Positions 43,351 through 53,200 of a stretch of DNA of 64,000 bases are shown here, piece by piece (the first letter of the stretch is position 1; each line of letters starts with the position of its first letter). The DNA is from Candidatus Poseidoniaceae archaeon (GTDB lineage Archaea; Thermoplasmatota; Poseidoniia; Poseidoniales; Poseidoniaceae). The DNA lies in assembly GCA_028822845.1 (NCBI GenBank), contig JAPKCS010000008.1, forward strand, positions 786 to 64,785, read 5' to 3'. Below the pieces are notes generated by a model, which saw only the letters and a program-made list of their open reading frames with translations, did no database searches and had not been told where the DNA came from. The position numbers were made by a program, and so were the translations under genes.

Positions 43351-45720
43351 CTATTCCGATTCTTGACCGTTGTCATGTTCCGGCTTGGCCGGTGATGGGA
43401 ACAGGTTGTTCAACCACTTCGGAGACCACCAATTCCATTTGCCCATCAGGCGCATGGTGGACGGTACAACAAGCGCTCTTACGAGGGTAGCATCGATGAA
43501 GATCGCCAAAGCCAGTCCCAAACCAATTTGTTTGAGAATGATTACCGAGGAGAGGCCAAAGGCACCAAACACAACCACCATGATCGCAGCAGCGCCAGTG
43601 ATCAGCCCGCCGGTCTTCTGTAGACCATTGGCAACAGCGAGGGTGTTGTCACCCGTGCGTTCCCATTCTTCATGGATTCGTGAAAGCATCAGTACTTCGT
43701 AATCCATTGATAATCCGAAGACAATACAGAACATAATCACGGGATTCCCCGAATCGATGGGTTGTGGTGTGAAGTTCAACAATTCGGCACCGTAGCCCCA
43801 CTGAAACACCCAAACCAGCATACCAAACGACGCCGAGATGGAGAGGATGTTCATTGCAATGGCCTTGAGTGGAATCACGACCGACCTGACTTGCATGAAA
43901 ATCAGGATGCTGGTGGCGATGAGGATGAAAGCAAGCGCCCTCGGGAGGTTGTCTGCAATCGCTTGAAGATTGTCAGCGTTGTATGCTGCGAACCCAGCGA
44001 CGAGAAGACGGTCCTCGTCACCGCTCATTTCAGCCAAGAAGGAATCACGGTCGGAGCGAATGTCCTCGACGGCTTCCCTCGATGCGACGTCGGTTTGTGA
44101 ACCAATGAGTTGAACGGAAATCAAGGTGGCGTTTTCACCAACGAAAGCATTGCGCAAACTTTCACGAACAGCGAGTTGTTCAGCCGGCATCAAGTCATCC
44201 GGCGTTGCCCAAAAGTCGAGGACTTGTTGAACGCTCATGTCTGGGCTTGGCAGGCCCACACCTATGCCACCGGCAACCCTTGAATCAGCCAAGAGGTCAA
44301 CGATGTAGGCGTGCTGTGCTCTCAGATTGGCTTCACTCAACGGATCTGCACCATCAGTATCGATCACAATTGCAATCGAGTTTGCAGCCTGGTCTGGCCA
44401 TTGCTCATCGATTAATTCCATGCCTTGACGGGTTTCATCATCGGGTGGCAAGGCAGCCCAGGAGGACAAGGAAAACTCAGCATAGGCAAAGGGCACACCC
44501 GCACCGATCAGCAAAATCAGAACTGGAATCAAAACAGCCCAAGGCCGATCCATCACGCGCTTGGCCACAGTGGCCCAGAGACCATCGTCTTTAGCTCGCA
44601 TGTCAAGGGCGAACGGGACCTTCCACTTGTTGACATTTGGACCAAGCATGGCCATCACAGCAGGGAGCACAATCGTTGAATAAACCATTGCGATGAACAC
44701 TGCAATCGTCCCACCGATGCCCAATGAAGGCAGTGAGGTGTTGGTGAAAAACAGCATGCCCATCAAACCAATGGCAACGGTGATTCCAGAATAGAACACG
44801 GCTTTTCCTGCCGTAGCACTGCTCATGGCAGTGGCTGTGCGAACATCATGACCCCGTTCAAGTTCTTCTCTGAACCGATTGACGAGGAACAGCGAATAAT
44901 CTATAGAGACACCAATTCCGATGAGGGAAATGATGTTTGTAGCATAAACGGTTACATCTGTGATGTTGGAAAGCCAGATTGTCATTCCAATTGCGGCAAG
45001 CACTGTTCCTACCCCAACGCCGACCGGCAGAAGCGCAGCCATGATCGATCCAAAGACGATACCCAGAATCATCAACGACAAAGGCCCAGAGACCAATTCA
45101 GCCTTGACGAGATCGTTCTTGATGCGCTCATCGAACATCCAATCAATGGCGATGCCGTCGGTGGCCCACCCTTGGAAATCGCCGCCAATGGTGAGGCTCT
45201 CATGCAATTCGGTCATCACAATCTTCGATTCTTTTCGGTCCAGATCGAAGTGGATGGTGTTGATGCTGTAAAAGCCGTCATCGTCGTATGAAATCACATC
45301 CTTGCGGTCGACCTCGTCGACTGTCCATGAATAGGTAATGTTGACATCCTCATGCGCCTCAAATTTCGATAGGGTTTTCATCACGGCGTTTTGCCATGCT
45401 TCATCGCTGTCATTGTAGGTTGGATGGAACACGACGTAGCGAAACATTGGACCGCCCTGGTCGTTGCCGCTATCGAAGCGGTTGCTGATCAGCTTGCTTG
45501 CGTTGATTGACTCGACATCGTCTTCGCCGAACCCTTCTGCCCAATCTGCGCCAAGACCGATCAAACCGGTCATCAATATACAGGAAATAAGACCCATTGC
45601 GACCATCGTTTTACGACGGTCGTGGATGAGGAGACCGAGTTTGTAGAAAGCACGGTCTTTCAGCATCTGTGGGTCAGTCGCACCTTCCATGTTCCGGCGG
45701 GCCAAACTATACCATATCAA
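43351..45720 (-). CDS. MMPL/RND-superfamily membrane transporter
   Basis: 789 aa in a two-fold repeat of 1 TM + loop + 5 TM. MMPL-type motifs GIGVSIDYSLFLVNRFREE and GLSMDYEVLMLSRIHEE. Confidence 0.8.
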   Translation of the reverse strand: MIWYSLARRNMEGATDPQMLKDRAFYKLGLLIHDRRKTMVAMGLISCILMTGLIGLGADWAEGFGEDDVESINASKLISNRFDSGNDQGGPMFRYVVFHPTYNDSDEAWQNAVMKTLSKFEAHEDVNITYSWTVDEVDRKDVISYDDDGFYSINTIHFDLDRKESKIVMTELHESLTIGGDFQGWATDGIAIDWMFDERIKNDLVKAELVSGPLSLMILGIVFGSIMAALLPVGVGVGTVLAAIGMTIWLSNITDVTVYATNIISLIGIGVSIDYSLFLVNRFREELERGHDVRTATAMSSATAGKAVFYSGITVAIGLMGMLFFTNTSLPSLGIGGTIAVFIAMVYSTIVLPAVMAMLGPNVNKWKVPFALDMRAKDDGLWATVAKRVMDRPWAVLIPVLILLIGAGVPFAYAEFSLSSWAALPPDDETRQGMELIDEQWPDQAANSIAIVIDTDGADPLSEANLRAQHAYIVDLLADSRVAGGIGVGLPSPDMSVQQVLDFWATPDDLMPAEQLAVRESLRNAFVGENATLISVQLIGSQTDVASREAVEDIRSDRDSFLAEMSGDEDRLLVAGFAAYNADNLQAIADNLPRALAFILIATSILIFMQVRSVVIPLKAIAMNILSISASFGMLVWVFQWGYGAELLNFTPQPIDSGNPVIMFCIVFGLSMDYEVLMLSRIHEEWERTGDNTLAVANGLQKTGGLITGAAAIMVVVFGAFGLSSVIILKQIGLGLALAIFIDATLVRALVVPSTMRLMGKWNWWSPKWLNNLFPSPAKPEHDNGQESE

Positions 45721-45813
45721 TGAATGTTTGAGTTGGGTTTACTTTTGGAAACAAGGAAAGGAAAAACCAAGCGAATACGAGGCTTCTTAATCCTCGGGTT
45801 CTGCCTTAGACCC

Positions 45814-46338
45814 ATGGAGAGAGCCTTGCTTGGTGGCGGATGTTTTTGGTGCACAGAAGGCGCCTTCAAAGGATTGTATGGTGTTGATACAGCGCTTCCT
45901 GCCTACGCAGGTGGCCACGACCCAAATCCACAATATGGACCGGTTTGCTCTGGCACCACTGGCCATGCTGAAATCGTCGAAGTGGTGTTTGACCCTGAAC
46001 TGATTTCGTTCGAGACCTTGCTTGAAGTGTTCTTCACCGTGCACGACCCAACTCAAATGAACCGTCAAGGCAACGACATCGGCACCCAGTACCGAAGTTG
46101 CATCATGCCCACGAACGAGGCGCAAGAAGAAAAAGCAAGGAACGTCATCCAAACCATGCAGGACATCTTTGATGCACCAATCGTCACCAGCATCGAAGCA
46201 GCCTCCTACTTCACCATTGCAGAAATTGAACACCATGACTACTATGCTCGCAACCCCGCACAAGGCTACTGCATGGCAGTTGTTGGACCAAAGATCAGTA
46301 AAGTACGCGCCAAGCACGCTCATCTCTACATAGCGTGA
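45814..46338 (+). CDS. msrA: peptide methionine-S-sulfoxide reductase MsrA
   Basis: GGGCFWCTEGAF active site, plus GHAEIVEVVFDP and HDPTQMNRQGND. The start was trimmed to the ATG at 45814. Confidence 0.9.
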   Translation: MERALLGGGCFWCTEGAFKGLYGVDTALPAYAGGHDPNPQYGPVCSGTTGHAEIVEVVFDPELISFETLLEVFFTVHDPTQMNRQGNDIGTQYRSCIMPTNEAQEEKARNVIQTMQDIFDAPIVTSIEAASYFTIAEIEHHDYYARNPAQGYCMAVVGPKISKVRAKHAHLYIA

Positions 46339-46369
46339 TGTTGAAAGGGCGGCTTCCACACCCCGGTCC

Positions 46370-48004
46370 ATGGTGAACAATGTTCCTCGCCCACCGACGC
46401 CTCTGAACGAACCTGTCCTCGGCTACCTACCAGGCAGCCCTGAACGCGCTGCACTGCAGAAGGAACTCGACCGACAGTCCTCTGAAATCATCGAAATTCC
46501 ATGCATCATTAACGGTGAAGAAATCTTCACTGGCGATGTTGTTGAACAAGTGATGCCTCACGATCACGGCCACGTCATTGCCCGTGTTCACATGGCAACC
46601 AAAGCCAACGTAGAGGAGGCCATTCAAGCCTCCCTCGACGCCCACGACATGTGGTCAACCATGCCATGGGAAGCACGCTCTGCTATCTTTTTGAAAGCAA
46701 GTGAATTGTTGCGAGGCGAATACCGAGCGCAAATCAATGCGAGCACCATGCTCAATCAGTCCAAGACCTGCCATCAAGCAGAAATCGACTCGGCCTGTGA
46801 ACTGATTGACTTTTGGCGGTTCAACCCCTATTATGCTCGAGCGATCTACGAAGATTTGCAACCACCAATCTCGCCTTCGAGCATGTGGAACTCAAGCGAA
46901 GTCCGCCCTCTGGAAGGCTTTGTGTTCTCCGTCACCCCGTTCAACTTCTCCAGCATCGCTGCGAACCTGCCATCGAGTGCAGCCATTATGGGCAACACTG
47001 GTGTTTGGAAGCCAAGCAGAAACTCGTATGTTTCAAACTACTTGCTTATGCGCTTGATGATGGATGCCGGCCTTCCAGCTGGTGTCATCAACTTCGTACC
47101 AGGAAAGGCAAGCATGGTCGGCGATACGGTGCTCGCACACCCAATGCTCGCTGGAATCCACTTCACCGGTTCAACCAATGTGTTCCGTAAAATGTGGCGA
47201 GATGTTGCGAACAACTTGGAGAACTACCGCTCCTACCCTCGTGTCGTCGGTGAAACCGGTGGCAAGGACTTCATCGTCGCCCACCCTGATTGTGATGAAC
47301 GGGCCTTGCTCGTCGCTATGCTCCGAGGTTCGTTTGAGTTCCAAGGTCAGAAGTGCAGTGCAGCCAGCAGAGCCTATGTCCCTGCATCGGTTTGGTCGCG
47401 CATCAAAGACGATTACTGTGCTGAAGTCGGTAAGATTACCATCGGCGATCCACGTGACTTCACCAAGTTCATGACCGCCGTGATCGATAAGAAGTCCTTC
47501 GACAACATCTGTGGCTACATCGATCGAGCAAAGGCCGATGCTGGCTGTGAAATTGTCACCGGAGGTGGCTATGATGGTTCGAAGGGTTACTTCGTCGAAC
47601 CAACCACAATCGTGTGCAGTGATCCTCATTATGAATCGATGTCCGAGGAAATCTTCGGTCCTGTTCTGTCAGTTCACGTCTACCCCGACGACCAGTTTGA
47701 AGAAATTTTGGCAACCTGTGATGGAACGTCAGAATATGCGCTCACTGGTTCAATCTTCGCAACCAAGCGAGAAGATGTGCTCACGGCAATGAAGGCCTTG
47801 CGCTATGCATCTGGAAACTTCTACATCAACGACAAGCCAACGGGAGCGGTCGTTGGACAGCAACCGTTCGGTGGTGCCCGTGGAAGCGGAACCAACGACA
47901 AAGCCGGTTCTCCACTCAACCTGTTGCGTTGGGTCTCCCCTCGTTCGATCAAGGAAACCTTTGCTCCTGACCATGAATGGACGTACGGCTTCCTTAGCGA
48001 GTGA
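46370..48004 (+). CDS. L-glutamate gamma-semialdehyde (1-pyrroline-5-carboxylate) dehydrogenase, ALDH4-type
   Basis: 544 aa of the aldehyde dehydrogenase family with catalytic VGETGGKDF and FQGQKCSAASR. The N-terminus NEPVLGYLPGSPER is typical of P5CDH. Confidence 0.8.
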   Translation: MVNNVPRPPTPLNEPVLGYLPGSPERAALQKELDRQSSEIIEIPCIINGEEIFTGDVVEQVMPHDHGHVIARVHMATKANVEEAIQASLDAHDMWSTMPWEARSAIFLKASELLRGEYRAQINASTMLNQSKTCHQAEIDSACELIDFWRFNPYYARAIYEDLQPPISPSSMWNSSEVRPLEGFVFSVTPFNFSSIAANLPSSAAIMGNTGVWKPSRNSYVSNYLLMRLMMDAGLPAGVINFVPGKASMVGDTVLAHPMLAGIHFTGSTNVFRKMWRDVANNLENYRSYPRVVGETGGKDFIVAHPDCDERALLVAMLRGSFEFQGQKCSAASRAYVPASVWSRIKDDYCAEVGKITIGDPRDFTKFMTAVIDKKSFDNICGYIDRAKADAGCEIVTGGGYDGSKGYFVEPTTIVCSDPHYESMSEEIFGPVLSVHVYPDDQFEEILATCDGTSEYALTGSIFATKREDVLTAMKALRYASGNFYINDKPTGAVVGQQPFGGARGSGTNDKAGSPLNLLRWVSPRSIKETFAPDHEWTYGFLSE

Positions 48005-48008
48005 ATGC

Positions 48009-48287
48009 TCACTTACGCTTCTGGACGTTGTTAACAGCCTCGGTAAGAACCCGAGGCGTGTAGCGCACACTGATCAAAGAAATCAGCCACCAGCCAACGC
48101 TAAGCACTGGCGTAGCAACCAAACAGGTCAAACCGAACCACATGGCAAGGTTGCCAGTTGTTTTTCCCCAAGCCCAAACGGCAACACAGACAAGTGTGAT
48201 CAGAAAGAACAAGCGGGCAGCCTCGCTGGGCGTCGACCAGCCACGATGATCGGTACGCGGTGCAAAGAAGGATTCCACCAACGACAT
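48009..48287 (-). CDS. small 2-TM membrane protein, unknown function
   Basis: 92-aa ORF with two clear hydrophobic helices, convergent with the P5CDH gene. I recognised no motif. Confidence 0.35.
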   Translation of the reverse strand: MSLVESFFAPRTDHRGWSTPSEAARLFFLITLVCVAVWAWGKTTGNLAMWFGLTCLVATPVLSVGWWLISLISVRYTPRVLTEAVNNVQKRK

Positions 48288-48420
48288 ATCTTCGGCTCGA
48301 TGATTTCATTGATGAAGGCATGTTTTTTTTCAGGAGCGCCGGCCGGTGGTTTCTTGTGTGGGGGATTGGAGCATCAACCCCGCAATGATGACTGTTTAGA
48401 GCCGACTGCTGAATATCTTA

Positions 48421-49929
48421 GTGACGAGTGATGGGCGAACTGAGCGGGACCTTCGTAGGGTAAGCATTGAAAGCATGGCCCCATATCCTTGGGTGATGCA
48501 AGGGGTTCCGGTCATTCCGCTTTCCCCAGCACCCACGAATCTCACTTTGGCCCACACCTCCAAGCCATGGAAAACCGTTCGTTCGATGCTCGGCTTAGTC
48601 GGGCTGTTGTTTCTGATCACCAACATGGCCCCTTTGTTCCTTGCTGGGCTGATCGATGCCGACTTCAACGGAACCTTGGGTCCGACAAATCCTTGGATGA
48701 TCGCCATCACTTCGCTATGCTCAATCCCCGTGCTGGCGCTGCTGGCGTATCTTAGGCGTCCCCATCTGACCCATCTGGTTCGCGCTGCTCCGGACCCGAA
48801 CGGCCACATGTTGGCGCAAATGGGGTCAAAGGATTTGATACAATCAACGCAGCCAATACAGGCCGTTCACCATCTTGTTCACGATTCAGCACCATTGGAA
48901 ATGCCTTCGCGACGAGCGCTTTGGGCTCTGTTCTTTGGCGGAGTGCTGGTTTCAAGCGTCACCCTGTTCCCACTTCTCATTCTTGGTTTCACACCTTTGA
49001 CGGTGACTCTGTTCATCGTCATCCTTCTTCCAGCGTTTTTGATTGGTTTTTCCACCCCAGTCTTTGCTTGGTGGGCCACACTCACCCACTATTTTGGATT
49101 AGAAACCTCACGCAGGCTCGCTGAATGGATGCTGATTGCAGGCATGGTATCGACCGTTCCCGCCATCATGATCAATTCGAACATTGCCCCTCTGTTCCTC
49201 GAGAGCATCGGATTGAGCATGGCTAAGGAGACATCGCTTGGCTATGGATTGGTGTTGATGGTGGCTGCGCCCATCGGTGAAGAATTATGCAAAGCAGCGG
49301 CCGTGTTGGCGCTGGCTCGGTTCATCGATTCACCGCGCAGAGGGTTCCAAATTGGATTTACGGTCGGTCTTGGTTTCGCTTTGCTTGAGAACATGACGTA
49401 TATTTTGAGCAGTTTTACTGCTTTGGAGGCGAGTTCCATAACGTTCGGATTAACTTCGATCATTCGAGGCATTGGCAGCATTCCAGGCCATGGCGTTTGG
49501 ACCGGTATTTCGGGCTACGCCATCGGTTGCCATCTGATGTCGAGAAAGCAGGCAACTCCCGTTCAATTTGGCACATCACCACAACCACTTTCGGAGATCA
49601 AGCAATGGATGTTGGTCGACAAAAAAACAGGTCAAGTGTTGTCGGATTCCAATGCAGAAAAAAAACCCATCCAAATCCCTCGATGGTTGTGTAGCTCACC
49701 GGAACAGGGATTGCACTTGCCAACAACGCCTTTGATGGGCATCGCAATTGCCATCTTGGGCCATGCCCTTTGGAACGGAAGTTCGTGGGCTGTCGGGGTC
49801 ATCGGGGCTGAATTAGACTTGTTATCACAGGTGATAATGACGTTGATTTGGATCGCTTTTTTAATCTTGGCTCTCTGGCAAATATCGAGGCGGATTTTGG
49901 CCTCCGTCCTCCTCACTGGCGAACAATAG
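48421..49929 (+). CDS. PrsW-family intramembrane protease-like protein
   Basis: Polytopic, with PrsW motifs EELCKAAAV, ALLENMTY, GHGVWTGISGY and GHALWN. The start codon is uncertain; several in-frame ATGs lie within the first 30 codons. Confidence 0.65.
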   Translation: MTSDGRTERDLRRVSIESMAPYPWVMQGVPVIPLSPAPTNLTLAHTSKPWKTVRSMLGLVGLLFLITNMAPLFLAGLIDADFNGTLGPTNPWMIAITSLCSIPVLALLAYLRRPHLTHLVRAAPDPNGHMLAQMGSKDLIQSTQPIQAVHHLVHDSAPLEMPSRRALWALFFGGVLVSSVTLFPLLILGFTPLTVTLFIVILLPAFLIGFSTPVFAWWATLTHYFGLETSRRLAEWMLIAGMVSTVPAIMINSNIAPLFLESIGLSMAKETSLGYGLVLMVAAPIGEELCKAAAVLALARFIDSPRRGFQIGFTVGLGFALLENMTYILSSFTALEASSITFGLTSIIRGIGSIPGHGVWTGISGYAIGCHLMSRKQATPVQFGTSPQPLSEIKQWMLVDKKTGQVLSDSNAEKKPIQIPRWLCSSPEQGLHLPTTPLMGIAIAILGHALWNGSSWAVGVIGAELDLLSQVIMTLIWIAFLILALWQISRRILASVLLTGEQ

Positions 49930-50017
49930 TTAGGTCTAGAAAACCCCATTTTGTACTCGATTTTTATGCGAAGCACCTTTGAGGGGAGTGTAGCCCCGTG
50001 AAAGGAGAGGGAACGCT

Positions 50018-50782
50018 ATGGACGTACTCACGGGCGGCTTGAATCAAGGCAACCTCATCGTTACGTCCATCATCATCCTCGGACTAATTACCGTTTCTTC
50101 AAAGGCCAAGATGCTCGATAAAGCAGGCGTCATTGCCGCTGCTATTCTCGGTTTGACGGTTGGCGGACTCGGTCATTGGTCTTGGCTGATTATTTTGCTC
50201 GGATTTTTGCTCTCTGCCCACAAAGCAACAAAATGGCGATTTGAAGAAAAACTTCAGCGTGGAATGTCAGAATCCGAAGACGGCCATCGCAGTTATGGCA
50301 ACGTGATTGCCAATGGAGGCTTGCCCGGTCTTGTGGCCATCTTTGCTTGGGCGACTGGCGATTGGGAAAATGGATTGTGGATGTTCAGCGCAGCCGTTGC
50401 TGTTGCTGCATCGGATACCTTTGCCAGTGAAATCGGTTGCCTTGACGATAATGTTCGCATGATCACGACCTTCAAAAAGTGCAAAGCCGGGTTGAATGGA
50501 GGCTTTTCTCCAAGCGGTCAAAAAGCAGCCTTCGCCGGCTCAGCCCTGATTGGGGTCCTTAGTTTACCTGCGTGGTACCTCACCACTTCCGATCTGGTGA
50601 TGCAAACCGGGCTCATTCTCAGCTTGGCAGTCATTGTCATCGGTTGGCTCGGATGCCAAATGGACAGCCTCCTCGGCGCAGTGCTTGAGAACCGTGGGTT
50701 CTTGACCAAAGGAGGCGTCAACGGCATCGCTATCACCTTCGGCTTCATGTTGATGAGTTTCTTCATCAAATACGCCCTGTGA
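50018..50782 (+). CDS. DUF92/TMEM19-family integral membrane protein
   Basis: 254 aa with about 7 TM and the family motifs SAHKATKWR, NVIANGG and ASDTFASEIG. Confidence 0.6.
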   Translation: MDVLTGGLNQGNLIVTSIIILGLITVSSKAKMLDKAGVIAAAILGLTVGGLGHWSWLIILLGFLLSAHKATKWRFEEKLQRGMSESEDGHRSYGNVIANGGLPGLVAIFAWATGDWENGLWMFSAAVAVAASDTFASEIGCLDDNVRMITTFKKCKAGLNGGFSPSGQKAAFAGSALIGVLSLPAWYLTTSDLVMQTGLILSLAVIVIGWLGCQMDSLLGAVLENRGFLTKGGVNGIAITFGFMLMSFFIKYAL

Positions 50783-50845
50783 TGGCATCGAAGGCCACTC
50801 ACATGTGGCCATCGTCTTCATGAACCAAAACCGGTTGGTCCCATC

Positions 50846-53161
50846 ATGCGCAAGCGCTTGGCAGCCATGGCTTTGCTTGCGCTGCTCGTCTGCGTGACCC
50901 TCGGCGGTTACGTCAGCGCTGCTGATGACCCTGTGTACGAACCAGGCTTCATTGAATGGGAAATCGACGAAATGGAACGGTTGTTTGTTGAAGGACTCGA
51001 TGCAGAAGAAGCCGTGCTTCAGCGGGGCAGAACCGACAATGCAGTGGGTGGATTCTCTGTCAACTCCAACGCTGGACCTGTTCCAGTCTTTACCATTTCA
51101 AGCCCTCCAGTGTTGACCCCGATCAACGCAACCGTCAACATGAGTGTGTTCTTTTCCGCCTACATCGAAACTGGTCCTTTGTCCCATGACTCATGCACAC
51201 GGCAACCAGCGAATGTTGGTGACAGAACCACCACATTGACCTATTCTGTTGACGCTGGCGGTGTTCCAGTCTATGATGCGTCAGTCACTCAAACCATCGA
51301 CACTGCAATCTCCAACGCTGCAATGAATTTCAGCGGAGAATCTCAAGAAGCCTTCATCAGCATGCAAATTGGTGATGTGTTCACCCTTTCTTTGACGGCT
51401 GAAAACAACTGCCAAGGAACCGTCATTCGAGTCCAGTGGGGTGCTTTTGAACAAAACAGCGGTGGAATCATCATCGAAGGCAAACTCTACGAACCAACAG
51501 CATCGATCAAGGTGGACGATGAACGAAGAGCCCACATTGAGGTTCAGCCCCTTTTCCCTTGGGGCGTGGATGATGTAAAAACCATCAAGTGGGAACTTTG
51601 GGGGCCACTTCGCAGCGATGAGAAGGAAGTCAAGAGCCCTGAATACATGATGGAAGATTCAACCGGTCGAAACAGAATTGATCGCCCAATGGCAGGAAAC
51701 CAAACCAGTTGGGCGTGGTCCGGTACTGAGCAACTTGGCATCGGTGATGCGAATCTGCAAGTATGCATCCAAACCATTGGCGGGGACTTGAACAGCGATT
51801 GTCATGCCTTTGGTATTGTTCGGTTTGAAGTTCTGCCTGCTGACAAAGGCTTTGCCAATGCAGCAATTTTCCTATCCATTAGCACATTTGGCGCACTGAT
51901 TGGTTACGTCGTGACCCTTGTTCGAAACGATAACCTTCCACCGTTGCCCATTCTTGGAGCACTTGTGCTGCTTGCTATCTTCGTCATCCCTACCGCATGG
52001 GGCCAAGCCAACCTTGGCTCTGATGCGAGCATCGGGGAAAACGCCAGGGCGTACGATGGGGAATTGTACGATGAGATGCTCAATCCAGTGTACATCTCTG
52101 ATTACCTCGAGGGGAACAAAGCGATTGTCGTAGCAGTGACCCTCCCCGGTTCTGAAAACGCCTTCCAACAAGCCTTGGAATTGAATAAAACTCTTGACAC
52201 AAGGGCTGATGAAATCGCGGTGATTCAGGTGATTGCAGGCATGGAAGCCAATCAAGCAGATGTCCAATCCTTGATCAACAATCTAAACGTTTCATGGCCG
52301 ATCTTGCTTGATTCCAATGGATATTTTACCAACAGCCTGCCAACCGGTGTAGCAGATGCCGTGCTCGTGATTGATCCGAGCATGCGAGTCACCCATGCTG
52401 AAGGGCCATATGCACCCCGAGAACACATTGACAACGCCATCGAGAGTGTGTCGGTTGGTGGTGGACAATCCTTCACACAGTACTTCGGACTCTTGTTTGG
52501 TCCAGGCTTGTTCTTGCTGTTCATGGCCCTACCTCGTGAAGGTTGGGTTGAACCTGAGACCCCGCTTCCTCCAGGCACCCTCTGGGCCTCGATTGCTGTT
52601 GCCGGTGGCGTTGGTGTCCTTTTGGTCAACCTACCTGCCCTCCTCGCAACCGTAGCCCCCATCGACAGCACGGTGCTGTTCTGGATCGATATCGCTATGC
52701 TTCTTTGGATGATTGAAATGTGCGTCGTCACCGCCAAGAAGGGCGCGCCAATCGAAGCACAAGTCGCAGGGAAGTTCCTTCACCGTATGTGCCCCAAGGC
52801 CTTCCGGGATTGGAGGGAACTCGAGGACATGCAACGGGATGTCTTGCTTGGTGTTTGGTTGGGCTGGTTCGGCTGGCTTTCCTTCCCAGCACTGTTCCCA
52901 CAAGGCGTGGGTGCAACGATGTTAAGCGGTGCCTTGGGTCTTGGTTTCGGTCTGTTCTACATGATTTGGATCGCCCTTTTCGCAGGCATCGTGGTGCTGT
53001 TCATCCGTTTCATCGCCTCTTGGGGTGGATCGATCTCCCGGTTGTTTGGAGAGTTTGGAGCAGAAGTGTTTGCCCAATTCATCGGATGGTGTTTGCTTCC
53101 AATCGCAATTTGGGTCACCATCGATGCGACCATGACCGCAATGGACCTCGGCTTGTTTTGA
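50846..53161 (+). CDS. large membrane glycoprotein-like protein with a redox-dead thioredoxin-fold module
   Basis: 771 aa. It has a signal peptide, a ~330-aa ectodomain, a TM and a TlpA-like segment lacking CxxC (AIVVAVTLPGSENAF...WPILLDSNGYF...AVLVIDP). About 6 C-terminal TM helices follow. Confidence 0.5.
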   Translation: MRKRLAAMALLALLVCVTLGGYVSAADDPVYEPGFIEWEIDEMERLFVEGLDAEEAVLQRGRTDNAVGGFSVNSNAGPVPVFTISSPPVLTPINATVNMSVFFSAYIETGPLSHDSCTRQPANVGDRTTTLTYSVDAGGVPVYDASVTQTIDTAISNAAMNFSGESQEAFISMQIGDVFTLSLTAENNCQGTVIRVQWGAFEQNSGGIIIEGKLYEPTASIKVDDERRAHIEVQPLFPWGVDDVKTIKWELWGPLRSDEKEVKSPEYMMEDSTGRNRIDRPMAGNQTSWAWSGTEQLGIGDANLQVCIQTIGGDLNSDCHAFGIVRFEVLPADKGFANAAIFLSISTFGALIGYVVTLVRNDNLPPLPILGALVLLAIFVIPTAWGQANLGSDASIGENARAYDGELYDEMLNPVYISDYLEGNKAIVVAVTLPGSENAFQQALELNKTLDTRADEIAVIQVIAGMEANQADVQSLINNLNVSWPILLDSNGYFTNSLPTGVADAVLVIDPSMRVTHAEGPYAPREHIDNAIESVSVGGGQSFTQYFGLLFGPGLFLLFMALPREGWVEPETPLPPGTLWASIAVAGGVGVLLVNLPALLATVAPIDSTVLFWIDIAMLLWMIEMCVVTAKKGAPIEAQVAGKFLHRMCPKAFRDWRELEDMQRDVLLGVWLGWFGWLSFPALFPQGVGATMLSGALGLGFGLFYMIWIALFAGIVVLFIRFIASWGGSISRLFGEFGAEVFAQFIGWCLLPIAIWVTIDATMTAMDLGLF

Positions 53162-53200
53162 CCGTAGGTTTGACAACCATAGACGCTTCTTTCGTCGTTT

